Source of the DNA: a virus
Lineage: Duplodnaviria; Caudoviricetes
IMG/VR virus record: IMGVR_UViG_3300025896_000067
Coordinates: 1 to 38,988 of that record
Length of the DNA stretch: 38,988 nt
Reading direction: 5' to 3' (one strand)
Made by a program: the position numbers and the translations under genes. The notes below the pieces were generated by a model. That model was given only the letters and a program-made list of their open reading frames with translations, was not told the DNA's origin and made no database searches. Positions 9,264 to 18,902 of this stretch are shown here, in pieces; position 1 is the stretch's first letter, and every line of letters starts with the position of its first letter.

Positions 9264-9874
9264 GCCGCGTCATCCTCCGGCTGGGCTTCGCCCTTGGGCG
9301 GCCGGCCGCGGCGGGGCTTGTTCTCCTGCTCAAGTTTCATCGCGGCGAACATCTCCGCCATCTCGTCGAGGCGGTCCTTCAGAGCGGTGATCTCCTCGTC
9401 CTTCTTGGCGAGCTCGGCCGTGACCTTCGCCTGATCCTTCGACGCGACGAAGCGGCGCGCGTTGGCCTGGATTTCGCGAATGCCGGGCAGCTTCACGAGG
9501 TTGATCGTGGTGTCGCTCGCCTCGGCGATCTCTTCCACGGAGCGATAGCCGGCGGCCTTGATGATCTCGGCCTGCTCGTGCGTCAGGCCCGGCCATGCCG
9601 ACAGCGGCGTCCCGGTGACGGGCGCATCGTTGCCCGCCTTCCATGCCTCGTATAGCGGCTTGATGTAATTCCACCGCGCCCACGCCATCTTGGCGGCCTC
9701 GTCCTCGCTGTTCTCGGCGACGGGGCGAACCTTCTGAAGCAGGCTGATCGGAGTCGGCGTGACGGCGAGCTGAGCCTGTCCTATGGCGCAGATGTCGGCC
9801 CAGTCGCTGGCGCGCGTCGAGCCGTCGGGGAGTGTGGTGTACTTCGTGTAGAATTTCAGGACCCTGAGGGACAT
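9260..9874 (-). CDS. Conserved head-associated hypothetical protein
   Basis: YEAWKAG...GTPLSAWPGL...GYRSVEEIAEASD, coiled-coil C-terminus ending RRGRPPK; lies between decoration and adaptor genes. Confidence 0.7.
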   Translation of the reverse strand: MSLRVLKFYTKYTTLPDGSTRASDWADICAIGQAQLAVTPTPISLLQKVRPVAENSEDEAAKMAWARWNYIKPLYEAWKAGNDAPVTGTPLSAWPGLTHEQAEIIKAAGYRSVEEIAEASDTTINLVKLPGIREIQANARRFVASKDQAKVTAELAKKDEEITALKDRLDEMAEMFAAMKLEQENKPRRGRPPKGEAQPEDDAA

Positions 9875-9893
9875 GGTGTGATCCGTGGTCGAT

Positions 9894-9925
9894 AAAGGGA
9901 AGCGGCCGGAGTTGCCCCCGGCCGC
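9894..9925 (-). terminator. Rho-independent terminator after the capsid/decoration genes
   Basis: Stem gcggccgg (9902-9909) / ccggccgc (9918-9925), followed on the minus strand by ttcccttt. Confidence 0.65.
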
Positions 9926-9935
9926 CGTGGTGTCG

Positions 9936-10397
9936 TCACCAGGGGAAATCGCACATGACGATTTTCGCCGAGGCGTCGATGGCGTAGGCGCAGATCGAAT
10001 CCGTGACCAGCGCGGACACGTCGAGCGTACCGTCGGTGGCGCCGACCGCCGTCAGAGCGTTGCCGTCGCTGCCCGCGGTGAGCGCGGTGGTGAGCGTCGC
10101 CGGCCCCTTGGTCTGAATCCAGCAATACTCCAAGTTGGCCGGAGCCGACTGGAGGACGCCAGCGCCGACGTTGGCCGAGTCCGACAGGTCAGACGTGACA
10201 TCGGTCGTCGCGCCTTCCGACGTGCCAGACGGGGCGAAGTAGTAACAGACGTTGCCGGCCACGGCGGCAACGGAGTCCGCCGCCGTCCGATACCGCACGT
10301 ACTTGTAGAACTTGCCGTTGTGGCCGGCGCCGACAGAGCCGACCGCGAACTCTGCGGTCGTGGCCGTGTCGGTCCAATTCGCAGCAGTGATGAACAT
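9936..10397 (-). CDS. Capsid decoration / cement protein
   Basis: 153 aa, small-residue rich (FYKYVRY, YCWIQTKGPA), directly downstream of the major capsid gene. Confidence 0.7.
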   Translation of the reverse strand: MFITAANWTDTATTAEFAVGSVGAGHNGKFYKYVRYRTAADSVAAVAGNVCYYFAPSGTSEGATTDVTSDLSDSANVGAGVLQSAPANLEYCWIQTKGPATLTTALTAGSDGNALTAVGATDGTLDVSALVTDSICAYAIDASAKIVMCDFPW

Positions 10398-10409
10398 GGA
10401 CGGGGCTCC

Positions 10410-11378
10410 TTAGGTGAGGTCGTGAAGGCGGCCCTGAAGGGACCGGTTGGACGTGCACAACTGGCCCATCCAGTAGATGGGCACGACGACAGCGTCCTGA
10501 TTCACCGGGACCTTCTCGTCGTCCTCGGTCCAGCGCGCTTCGGAGTGCTCCATGAGGTAGAGATACTTGGTGTTGACGAAGTACATCAGCTCGGCGGTGG
10601 TGCCGAAGTTGGTGTTGTCGTCGAAGATGATCGACGCGCTCTTGTACTTCAGGCTCTCGAAGCCGAGGCCCGCCATCTTGGCGTCCGCGTAGCGCTGAAG
10701 GTCCTGAAGGCCGCCCTCGTAGAGCGCAAACAGGTCATGGGTGGACACGATCAGATCCGGCTTGTCCGCGCCGCGCACGAGAGACAGCCACAGCGCGTTC
10801 ATGTCGATCTTGAGGTTGGCAAACGTGATCGCCGAGCCACCGCCGGCCGTGACCTCGCGGAACTTGTTCTTCCAGAAGGTGTAGGTGCCGGAGACGATGC
10901 CGCCGACCGTTCCGGTGCCGTCCGCGGTGATCAGATGGGCGAGGCCGCCGATCTGGTTGGTGAGCGCGCCGTCGGAGTAGAGATCGATGCTCATGTTGTT
11001 CGCCGCGGTCGCCATGGCGACATCGGTGCGAGCCTTCACGAGGTCGATCATCTTCTCCGCCGAGTTGTTCATGCGGAGCTCGCGGCCGGTGGCGACGACG
11101 TGCAGCGCCACCTGCTTCCAGTCGTACTTGGCCGCCGACAGCACGTCGGACTGCGAGATGTTGAGCGTATCGGCGCCGCTGTAGCGCTGGTACGTCGCGT
11201 TCTCGGCGTAGCTCAGCGGAATGGCGATCTCGTAGCCGCCGCTGGCCTTGATGTTCCCGCGCTCCTTCATGATGGTGAGAAGCGCGTTGTTCTTGGTCAC
11301 GTTGTCCACGACCTTGCGCTTGTGGTGGCGCATGGTGGTGGTGACCATCTCCGTAAAAGTGGAGTTGGGCGAGGCCAT
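10410..11378 (-). CDS. Major capsid protein
   Basis: 322 aa, TTMRHHKRKVVDNVTKNNALL...SGGYEIAIPLSYAEN...YDWKQ...WMGQLCTSNRSLQG; strong RBS (aaggag); follows the scaffold. Confidence 0.92.
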   Translation of the reverse strand: MASPNSTFTEMVTTTMRHHKRKVVDNVTKNNALLTIMKERGNIKASGGYEIAIPLSYAENATYQRYSGADTLNISQSDVLSAAKYDWKQVALHVVATGRELRMNNSAEKMIDLVKARTDVAMATAANNMSIDLYSDGALTNQIGGLAHLITADGTGTVGGIVSGTYTFWKNKFREVTAGGGSAITFANLKIDMNALWLSLVRGADKPDLIVSTHDLFALYEGGLQDLQRYADAKMAGLGFESLKYKSASIIFDDNTNFGTTAELMYFVNTKYLYLMEHSEARWTEDDEKVPVNQDAVVVPIYWMGQLCTSNRSLQGRLHDLT

Positions 11379-11391
11379 GTGTCAGTGCTCC

Positions 11392-12498
11392 TTAAGCGGC
11401 GGACCGCTTGCGATAGACGGCCATCAGCTGCGCATCGAGGTCGTCGCCCTCGGCGGCTGATTGGCTGCGTCCGTTGACGTTGATGGACGCGGCGCGCTTG
11501 GCGGCCTCGCCCGCTTTCTTGGCGGCCTCGATCCGATCCCGCTCCGCCTTCTCGGCCCGCTGAGCTTCCAGCTTGGCGCGGGTGGTGGGGTTGGCCCACA
11601 CAGCCCGGTCATAGGCCTGCTCGAGGAGTTCCTTCGGCGAGAGTGAGGGGTTAGACCTCTGGAGGGCACCAATGGTGGCTAGAAGCTCGGTCTCGATCTC
11701 GGACCAATGCTCCTTGCCCTGGCGTACTTCCGTCACGAGCTGATGCAGGGACTGGTCACGTTGCGCGGCGGCCCGTTCGGCCGTGACGCGCTCCTGATAG
11801 TCCCGTGCTGACAACCGTTGACGCAACTCGGCGACTTCTCTCCGCAGCGTGTCCATCTCCGGTGGATCCAGAGGGTTGGGCGCAAGCTGAGAAACGTCGA
11901 TCTTGTAGGCGGCGGCGAGGTCCCGCAGCGCACCGATGGCGTCGCCGCTGTCCATGCGCTCGCTGATGTCGAGGGCGCGGGTGATGAACTCGGTCGGGGC
12001 GATCCCGGTCTGACGCAGGTAGCCTTGACGCTCGTTGATGATGCGAGTCAGCGGTTCGGCCTGTTTGGCGACCTGACCCAAGCGGCTGATGGTCTGGTGG
12101 GCCTCGGCCTCGCGCTTGGCTATCTGGGCTTGGACCTCCGGCGGAACGGCAGCCCACTTCTCATGCAACTCCTTCGGCCAGGACTGCGGCGGCGGGGCGA
12201 TCTTCGCGGCGTCTGGCTTGGCATCAGGCTTAGGAGCCTCGGTCTTCGCGTCGGGCTTCAGCGCGTCCGCGGCGGCCTTCTCACCATCCTTGGGTGCGAA
12301 CCGGCCGCTCTCGTCGCGGGCCTTGTTCGCTTTGTCGAAGACCTTCCGCAGATCGTCGTCGAGGGACTGTTCTGCCTTGGCTGCCGTTTCGGCGGGGTTG
12401 TCGGCTGCCGGCGGCGGTGATGCTGCCTCAGGGGCCGGCGTAGACGACACGGGGGCCTCGGCCGGCGCGGGTGCGCCACCGGAAAGCTCGTCGCTCAT
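11392..12498 (-). CDS. Scaffolding protein
   Basis: P/A-rich N-terminus, RDESGRFAPK and PPQSWPKELHEKW motifs, helical, LEQAYDRAVWANP; lies between portal and capsid. Confidence 0.85.
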   Translation of the reverse strand: MSDELSGGAPAPAEAPVSSTPAPEAASPPPAADNPAETAAKAEQSLDDDLRKVFDKANKARDESGRFAPKDGEKAAADALKPDAKTEAPKPDAKPDAAKIAPPPQSWPKELHEKWAAVPPEVQAQIAKREAEAHQTISRLGQVAKQAEPLTRIINERQGYLRQTGIAPTEFITRALDISERMDSGDAIGALRDLAAAYKIDVSQLAPNPLDPPEMDTLRREVAELRQRLSARDYQERVTAERAAAQRDQSLHQLVTEVRQGKEHWSEIETELLATIGALQRSNPSLSPKELLEQAYDRAVWANPTTRAKLEAQRAEKAERDRIEAAKKAGEAAKRAASINVNGRSQSAAEGDDLDAQLMAVYRKRSAA

Positions 12499-12510
12499 GT
12501 GTGGGGGTCC

Positions 12511-12813
12511 TTACCTGACGATGTCGGAACGCTTCAACTCGGCGTGCAACGGCAGCCGGTGCTTCGCTGCGAAGCGGGCATTCTTCAGCGGGCGAACGTG
12601 CTTGGGAGGATCGACCTCGACGCAGCCGTTGCGCTTCAGATCCTCGCGGCGCTCAGATCGGCTGGTGATCGGCCGGCCGTCGATGGGGCTGCGATACTCG
12701 GGGATGTCAGAGACCACGTAGGGGCGGCAGATGGCGTTGGCGTCGCGGACTTCCATCGGGGCGCCGGTCGCCTTGTCGACGAAGGCGCCGTTGCGCCAGA
12801 CGTAGGTGGTCAT
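12511..12813 (-). CDS. Conserved small phage protein between portal and scaffold
   Basis: VVSDIPEYRSPIDGRPITSRSERREDLKRNGCVEVD motif; ATGA-coupled to the upstream ORF. Confidence 0.75.
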   Translation of the reverse strand: MTTYVWRNGAFVDKATGAPMEVRDANAICRPYVVSDIPEYRSPIDGRPITSRSERREDLKRNGCVEVDPPKHVRPLKNARFAAKHRLPLHAELKRSDIVR

Positions 12814-12989
12814 TCGGAATACTTCCGCTCCTCATCGGCGTTGTCGGCTTCGAGCTCGAGCCGCTCGATCTCGCCTTCCAGTTCCACGATCCGCGCCTTG
12901 GCGGCGGCAAGCTCGGCCTCGAGCTCGGCGATGCGCTGCTCGGCCGTCTTGTCCGGGTTCTCCGCCTTGTACCGATCCCACGATTTCAC
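12810..12989 (-). CDS. Small coiled-coil protein (59 aa)
   Basis: Manual translation: VKSWDRYKAENPDKTAEQRIAELEAELAAAKARIVELEGEIERLELEADNADEERKYSE; start and stop overlap both neighbours. Confidence 0.65.
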   Translation of the reverse strand: MKSWDRYKAENPDKTAEQRIAELEAELAAAKARIVELEGEIERLELEADNADEERKYSE

Positions 12990-13255
12990 TGCGCGGCGCT
13001 CCGTTGATTGCAGCCGGCATCGCGCGCGGCGTATTCGATCACGACCGTATCAAAAACATCCCCGTCCTTGTCGGGAGGCGGCAGGCCGAGGGCAAGCGCC
13101 TTCTCGCGGCGGGTCATGCCGGGGCGATCCGTAACGCGCGCGATGTAGTGTACACCATCATACTTGAGCCCACCGACGTGACGATACCCTTGCACGTCAA
13201 CAACAGTGCGGTGAGCATCCGCTTGCATTTCACTTATCGGCTTAGAAGGCCTCAC
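12986..13255 (-). CDS. Hypothetical protein (89 aa)
   Basis: Overlaps the portal stop (GTGA) and the next start; fills the gap. Confidence 0.5.
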   Translation of the reverse strand: MRPSKPISEMQADAHRTVVDVQGYRHVGGLKYDGVHYIARVTDRPGMTRREKALALGLPPPDKDGDVFDTVVIEYAARDAGCNQRSAAQ

Positions 13256-15171
13256 TGCGCCACCCCGTTCGGCTGCTGCGCTTTCAGCATAGCGTTCGTC
13301 GCCGCCTCGCGCATCTTGATCTGGCTGGCCTGCTGCTTGACGGCCAGGTCAGCCTGCTTGGCCTGCATGTCGAGCTGATGGCCCTCGCGCTTCATGTCCA
13401 TCTCGTCCTCGCGGGCCTTGGCGTCGAGCTCGGCTTTCTTCTCCTCTGGCGACGGCCCTTGCTGCGCCTGCTGCATCGCCTGCACCTTCTGCTGGACGAT
13501 CTGCGGCAGCTTCTCCAGCGCGTCCTCGGCCTGCTTGCCCAGCTTGAACTTGCGGGCGAACGCCGTGTAGACCTCGACCATCACCGGCAGGGCTTCGGGG
13601 AGCGCCTGGAACAGCCCGCCCATGCTCTGCATGTACATGCCGGTTCCCTCGAGGAACTTCGACATCTGCTCTTGCGTCCGGCTCATGTCGGCCCGGACGG
13701 TGCTGTCACTCTCCATGTCGATGCGGAAGCCGCGGCCGACATCGTCCTTCAAAAGCTGCGCCACCTGAGGTTCGATCTTGATCTGCGTCATTGCCGATAG
13801 GTTTTCGGGCGTGAAGTGCGTGCAGATGATCGACGCCATCAGGCGGAACAAGTCGCGCGCGTAGCGGGCCACGTCGGCCTGCTGACGCTGAATCCGCATT
13901 GAACCCCACTGCTGCTTGATCTGCTGCGCGGTGGCGGTCTCTTGGGCGTCCGACTGGCCTCTCAGGATGTCGCTGAGGCCGGACACCTCGAAAATCGTCT
14001 GTTTGGTCGCCTCGCGCTGAGCGTAGAGCTCTTTCAGCGCCATGACGGTGGGCTCCATCGGCCAGTGCGCGATGGCGGCCTCTAGCCGGGCCTGGCCGCT
14101 GGTGAACTTCTCCGCGTTCTCAACCGGCTTGTACTGGCCGTCGGTCAGGAGCGCGATGGCCTCCATATCGGGAGCCAGCTGCGAGTCGATCAGGCCGCGC
14201 ACCTTGAGCTGATCCACCAGCGAGTTGATGCGCCGCTGCACCTTCTCGAGCTCGGCGATGAGCGGGCGATAGATCTCGTAGGGGCAAAGCGGCGTCAGGT
14301 CCTTACGCTTGCGCAGGCCCTGGAGCGGCGGCGGGGTGTCGAAGAAGTCCGGCAGCCCCAGCGGATCGTCGACGACCTGTAGCGGGCGCTCCTTGTCCTG
14401 CGGCGTCAGGAAGATCACGCGCCGGCTGTCCTTGTCCCACACCTCGTAGACCTTGACGGTCTTGTACACACCCGTGCTGGACCGCTTGTCGTGCTCGCCG
14501 TCCTTGCCGGTTTTGCTGTCGTCGAATGTCAGCGCCTTGATGCGCGCGTCGTCCAGGCCGATCTTCTTCAGCTCACGCTCGGTGTAATCGTGCTCGTAGG
14601 CGATCCACGGCACCAAATGCCAGACCGTGCCAGGGCCGCAGATGAAGCGGTCCCACACGCAATACTCGGTGTAGACCTCCTGATAGCCGACAGTCTCGAA
14701 GGGCTGGCCGGTCGCGGGGTCCATCTGCTGCTGCATGTGCGGGCGGTACCGCAGCCGGACCACCCCGCGACCGGCCAGCGACCTGTCCCGAACCGCTTCG
14801 ATGATCGCGCCGTCGAAATCGTGCTGATCGATCACATAGGAAACGGCACGCTCGATCACGTCAACGGCCTGCTTGGCCATCGGGTCGGCGTCAGAGTAGC
14901 GGCGGCGAACGTCCGGCGTCGGCGTCGAATTGTAGAGCGCCGGCACCACCGTCTCGATGTTGGAGTGCAGGATGTTGAACGCGGTGCCCTTGCCGTCCTT
15001 GTCGTCGCCGCCCTCGTAGATCTTGATCGCCTCGCAAGCGTGATCGCGCCAGCCTTCCTCATCCTTCTTGGCGCGCTCGATCTCCCTGAGCCAGACGGTT
15101 ACGGGCGAGATGCCTTCGGCGGCTGCCGTTTCCCGTGAAACGATCTCGCCCGCGTTGGTGTGCTCAGCCAT
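13252..15171 (-). CDS. Portal protein
   Basis: 639 aa after terL: FNILHSNIETVVPALYNSTPTPDV, EVSGLSDILRGQSDAQETATAQQIK, long Q-rich C-terminal barrel helix. Confidence 0.92.
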   Translation of the reverse strand: MAEHTNAGEIVSRETAAAEGISPVTVWLREIERAKKDEEGWRDHACEAIKIYEGGDDKDGKGTAFNILHSNIETVVPALYNSTPTPDVRRRYSDADPMAKQAVDVIERAVSYVIDQHDFDGAIIEAVRDRSLAGRGVVRLRYRPHMQQQMDPATGQPFETVGYQEVYTEYCVWDRFICGPGTVWHLVPWIAYEHDYTERELKKIGLDDARIKALTFDDSKTGKDGEHDKRSSTGVYKTVKVYEVWDKDSRRVIFLTPQDKERPLQVVDDPLGLPDFFDTPPPLQGLRKRKDLTPLCPYEIYRPLIAELEKVQRRINSLVDQLKVRGLIDSQLAPDMEAIALLTDGQYKPVENAEKFTSGQARLEAAIAHWPMEPTVMALKELYAQREATKQTIFEVSGLSDILRGQSDAQETATAQQIKQQWGSMRIQRQQADVARYARDLFRLMASIICTHFTPENLSAMTQIKIEPQVAQLLKDDVGRGFRIDMESDSTVRADMSRTQEQMSKFLEGTGMYMQSMGGLFQALPEALPVMVEVYTAFARKFKLGKQAEDALEKLPQIVQQKVQAMQQAQQGPSPEEKKAELDAKAREDEMDMKREGHQLDMQAKQADLAVKQQASQIKMREAATNAMLKAQQPNGVAQ

Positions 15172-16543
15172 AAGCTCTCTTGCGGCGCATCTTGGCCTCG
15201 ACGATCTCTCTCACGCTCATGTTGGCCTTGATGGTCCCGTCAGGGTTGGCGGTCAGGATCAGTTCGGTCGGCTTGGGCGGCTCTTCGGCCTTGGGCTTCA
15301 TCTCGCGCCAAGCCATGGCGGCATATCTGAACGCGTCGGCGGTGTGCGATGTCCAGTCGTGCAGCGGTGTGCTTTTGAACACCTTGAGCTTTTCGTCGAA
15401 CGCGCTTCGGTACTGGCGAAGCGCCTCGAGGCCCTGACGGCACCGCACATCGTGAAACCAGAACTTGCCGAACCCAACGCGGGCGGCGTTGATGCCGTCT
15501 TCAACCTTGTGGTCGGGCACCAGCCGAGCCTTGACGCCCAACTCTTTCAAGGTCTCGATGCGCGTGCGGCCCGTGCCAAGCTCGCGGACCTTGGCGTCGT
15601 GCGGCACCCAATGATCACCGTAGCGGTAGCCTCGAGCGCTCAACACAGAAGCGTAATGAGCGAGAGGCTGATTGTGGTTCTCGTAGTGGTCGACGAACCG
15701 GACGCCATCGGGCGCGACCTGAAAGAACCAGATCGCGGTGCTGTCACCTATGCCGAGATCCCATGCCGTATGCACGAGCGCGGCCGGGTCAACCTCATGC
15801 GCCCCGATGCGGCCGGCACGCTCAGCGTCGACAAGCTCCTTGCCGTAGTAGGCGCCCACAACCGCGGCGTTGAAGTTGCACTCGATCTCTTGCTCATACT
15901 GTTCGGGCGTCATCTCGGCCCGCATGGCCTCGAGCTCCGACGCAATGAGCAACCCGCTTTCAGACCCCCGCAGCAGCATCGGGAACCAGTCCGGCGTCGT
16001 CTGTGCCCGCTCCCACACCTTATAGAAGTCGTTGCGGCCCTTGGGCGTGCCGATGAACGTGGCCCACCCTTGGCGATCAGCGAGCATCGGGCGAATGACC
16101 TCAGGCCAAGCCGCCGGGTGCATGTCGCCGTACTCATCGAGGATCACGCCGTCAAAGTAGCCGCCGCGCATCCGGTCGTAGTTGTCGGCGCCGTAAAGCC
16201 GTAGCCGCGCCCCGTTGTGGGCAAAGTCGATGCGCAGTTCGCTTTCGTTGATCTCAGCACCCGGCACAAGACGCGTGAACCGCTTAGCGTAGGTCCAAGC
16301 CGCGTCCTTGGCCTGATTGTAGTACGGGGCAACGTAGGCAAACCGTGCCTCTTGCTTGGTGCAGCGCAATGCGGCGTCGACAAGATCCATCACGCAGGCA
16401 ACGGTCTTCCCGGCGCGGCGGTGGGCAACGATGCAGGCCCATCTTTGCTTGCGAGCGTGGAACGGGCGGAACTGCGGGCGGGCGCGGTAGCCCAAGTCAA
16501 TGCGTTGCGTCCGCGCCGTTGGCGTGGCTGTCGTCGTCATCAT
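15164..16543 (-). CDS. terL: Terminase large subunit
   Basis: Walker A-like HRRAGKT, Walker B ILDEYGD, FIGTPKG, nuclease WDLGIGDSTAIW and HDWTSHTADAFRY. Confidence 0.97.
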   Translation of the reverse strand: MMTTTATPTARTQRIDLGYRARPQFRPFHARKQRWACIVAHRRAGKTVACVMDLVDAALRCTKQEARFAYVAPYYNQAKDAAWTYAKRFTRLVPGAEINESELRIDFAHNGARLRLYGADNYDRMRGGYFDGVILDEYGDMHPAAWPEVIRPMLADRQGWATFIGTPKGRNDFYKVWERAQTTPDWFPMLLRGSESGLLIASELEAMRAEMTPEQYEQEIECNFNAAVVGAYYGKELVDAERAGRIGAHEVDPAALVHTAWDLGIGDSTAIWFFQVAPDGVRFVDHYENHNQPLAHYASVLSARGYRYGDHWVPHDAKVRELGTGRTRIETLKELGVKARLVPDHKVEDGINAARVGFGKFWFHDVRCRQGLEALRQYRSAFDEKLKVFKSTPLHDWTSHTADAFRYAAMAWREMKPKAEEPPKPTELILTANPDGTIKANMSVREIVEAKMRRKRAYG

Positions 16544-16832
16544 GGGCTTCGCGGGGGACGCCTGAAACGATGTTGAAGGCTACGGGGTTGTCGTTGTCCC
16601 CGCTGTGCTGAACAGCCGACAGCTTGGGGTGCATGTAGGGCGCCGCATCCCTTGCGAAGATGGCAGCGCCGCCTTTGTCGCCTTTTTCCCATGCCTCGCG
16701 CATGGCCCCTAGCATCACGTCCAGCGGCGATATGCCTTCTGCCGTAGCACGGGCCACGAGAGCACGACTTGCCTCTGTACGCTTGTTTGGGGTGCCTTTG
16801 CGGCGTCCTCCGGTCTTCTTCCCCGCTGCCAT
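16497..16832 (-). CDS. terS: Terminase small subunit
   Basis: GKKTGGRRKGTPNKRT...SPLDVML...AAPYMHPKL; immediately upstream of and overlapping terL. Confidence 0.88.
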   Translation of the reverse strand: MAAGKKTGGRRKGTPNKRTEASRALVARATAEGISPLDVMLGAMREAWEKGDKGGAAIFARDAAPYMHPKLSAVQHSGDNDNPVAFNIVSGVPREAHDDDDSHANGADATH

Positions 16833-16864
16833 CGTCTATTGCCGTCTATTTTTAGATGAGTAGA

Positions 16865-17824
16865 TCAAGCAGTTGCGGTGCGCTGGTCATTGAGAGCGGC
16901 GCGAAGCTGCTCCTTGAGGGCCTGAACGGCGCGCTCGTCGGTGATGGTGACGGAGGTGTCGGTAGAGGCTGACCCCCGGGTGTCGCCCTTGGGGCGACGG
17001 GTTGCGCCGGCAGCACCAGCGAAGAGCATCAGGGCCGTCAGGGTCAGGATGGAGTTGACGGTGATGGTCTTCTGGGCCGCGGCAAAGTCGGACACGGTTT
17101 GCACGTCGGCGCCAGTGTACTTGTTGGCGATCTGGGCGAAGGGGTCGACGGCGGCAGTGCTGACAGGAGCAGCCTGTCGGGTCTTGGTGGCGGTGCGAAG
17201 TTCCTTGCGGGCCTCGTCGATCTTGGCGTCCTGAACGCCGATGGCATCCCAAGAGCGAATGTCAGCCTCGGCGGAGCGGTAGGTGTCGCAAAAGGCGCGG
17301 GTCTGAGGCCCCTTGGTCTCCTTGCAGCCATTGGTCATCTGCCAGAAGCGGTGAGCCTCGGCCTTGTCGAGCTCGGCGCGAGCGTCCGCGGCGGAACGGG
17401 TCGGCTTCATCTTGGAACGGGCGTCGACGAGCTTGTTGAGCTTGTCCTGAATGCCGGCCACGTCGGCCGAGGCGTCCTCATAGACGGTGTGCTTGGCCAA
17501 GCGCATGGCGGCGCCGGCATCCTGAGAGGTGGCGGCCACGCCGAGGCTCTGGACGAAGCTGTAGGCGAAGCAGACGGCCCACACGAAGGCGCCGGAGCTC
17601 ATGACCACCCAATCCCGGCGCTGGAAGGCTTCAACGGCCTTGTGGATGGCGCCAACCTCGCCGAGCACCACGGCCACGGCGATGGCAGCCCACAGGTAGG
17701 AGGTCGACGACTGGTAGGACCAGCCGAGGATGCAGGCGGCCACGAGCACGATGACGAACGCCCACAGCATGGAGCGGTCGACGATGTAGCGGACGGCCTC
17801 AGTGAGGCGGGCGTCGAGGGTCAT
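16865..17824 (-). CDS. Multi-pass membrane protein with a coiled-coil extracytoplasmic domain
   Basis: Likely start MTLDARL at 17824 (RBS ggagga). Three N-terminal hydrophobic segments, a coiled coil containing C-x10-C (GCKETKGPQTRAFC), and a C-terminal TM segment. Confidence 0.7.
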   Translation of the reverse strand: MTLDARLTEAVRYIVDRSMLWAFVIVLVAACILGWSYQSSTSYLWAAIAVAVVLGEVGAIHKAVEAFQRRDWVVMSSGAFVWAVCFAYSFVQSLGVAATSQDAGAAMRLAKHTVYEDASADVAGIQDKLNKLVDARSKMKPTRSAADARAELDKAEAHRFWQMTNGCKETKGPQTRAFCDTYRSAEADIRSWDAIGVQDAKIDEARKELRTATKTRQAAPVSTAAVDPFAQIANKYTGADVQTVSDFAAAQKTITVNSILTLTALMLFAGAAGATRRPKGDTRGSASTDTSVTITDERAVQALKEQLRAALNDQRTATA

Positions 17825-17853
17825 GGGATGTCCTCCGGAAGTGGGGGACGCGG

Positions 17854-17940
17854 TTACGATCTCAAAACGAGGATGATGTTGACGATGCCGGCGACCACGA
17901 AGATCACGCCGAGGGCGGCAAGGCCGAGGGTGACTTCCAT
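17854..17940 (-). CDS. 28-aa single-TM peptide
   Basis: Manual translation MEVTLGLAALGVIFVVAGIVNIILVLRS, just upstream of the membrane protein. Confidence 0.5.
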   Translation of the reverse strand: MEVTLGLAALGVIFVVAGIVNIILVLRS

Positions 17941-18158
17941 CGTTCATGCCCCGTTTATGCCCGCGCCACGATTTGGGCGCGGATCGGTGGCAGTGTGTGT
18001 GCAGTTGAGTTCGGTTGCGTTGCGTCGGTCGGAGCTACCCGCCGCGCTCTACCATGTAGAAAAGCCCCGGCGCATGTCATGCGTTGCCGGGGAACTGTAT
18101 ACTTGACGGAACAGTCCCGATAGCGTACTTTGGGGTCAATCGAACCGGATTGGCCCCA

Positions 18159-18596
18159 ATGACTTTCAACATCCTCGATCCCGTCTTTCACTGTGAGACC
18201 AAGGCCCGCAGCTTTCTCGAAGCGCAGCGCTGGACCAATGGTCCCGAATGCCCTTTCTGCGGCAAAGCCGGCGAGAACATCGCCCGTTTGGGCGGTGAAG
18301 CCGCTTCCAAGGGTCTGATCCTCTGCCGTCCCTGCCGCAAGAAGTTCACCGTCACGGTCGGCACCGTGATGGAGCGTTCGCATATTCCCCTGACCAAGTG
18401 GCTCATGACCTTCCGGCTCATGGCCTCATCGAAGAAGGGCGTTTCCGCCCATCAGGTCCACCGCATGCTCGGCGTGACCTACAAGACCGCGTGGTTCCTC
18501 TGCCATCGTGTCCGCGAGGCCATGGGCCTGCCCGCAGCCGGAGTCAGCCGCCGTCTCGGACGGCGATACTTCAGGTGTCCTACGGCCAAAAAGTAG
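18159..18596 (+). pseudogene. IS1595-family transposase, N-terminal Zn-ribbon/HTH only (DDE domain missing)
   Basis: RWTNGPECPFCG...CRPCRKKFTVTVGTVMERSHIPLTKW...SSKKGVSAHQVHRMLGVTYKTAWFLCHRVREAM, then diverges and stops before the expected VExDET catalytic motif. Confidence 0.9.
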
Positions 18597-18757
18597 CTCG
18601 TCTAGAGCTACCTCTAGCAGGGCCTCTATTTGCTCAAGAGCCCCTGCACGAGCAGGCACGTCGAGCTGTTCACGAGCTGATCGAGGCCCTTGAGGCAGTG
18701 GCAGAGACGCCCGGACGCATATCTGCGCCACCCCGTCCTCAAACGCGAAGTTAGCTT

Positions 18758-18902
18758 TCACTTCTTCGGACCCTTGTCCTTCGACGGCTTCGTGAACGGC
18801 TTGGGCGGCGTCTTCACGGCCTTCCGCACCCCGCTCAGGAACCTGTCCTCAGCGCCGGGCTCGTCCTTGATCTCGTCTCTCTTCACCGGGGGCTTTGCCA
18901 TG
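18758..18902 (-). CDS. Small basic passenger ORF inside the IS
   Basis: Manual translation MAKPPVKRDEIKDEPGAEDRFLSGVRKAVKTPPKPFTKPSKDKGPKK; resembles the short convergent ORFs often seen in alphaproteobacterial IS1595 elements. Confidence 0.55.

Noticed and set aside
9885-11477. 530-aa plus-strand ORF, and similar long ORFs at 564..1691, 4553..5476, 5779..6522, 15068..16204 and 17099..18106
   Set aside because: Antisense shadows of real minus-strand genes caused by high-GC codon bias; no recognisable motifs.
17955-18383. 142-aa minus-strand ORF
   Set aside because: Antisense shadow of the IS1595 transposase that crosses the IS boundary.
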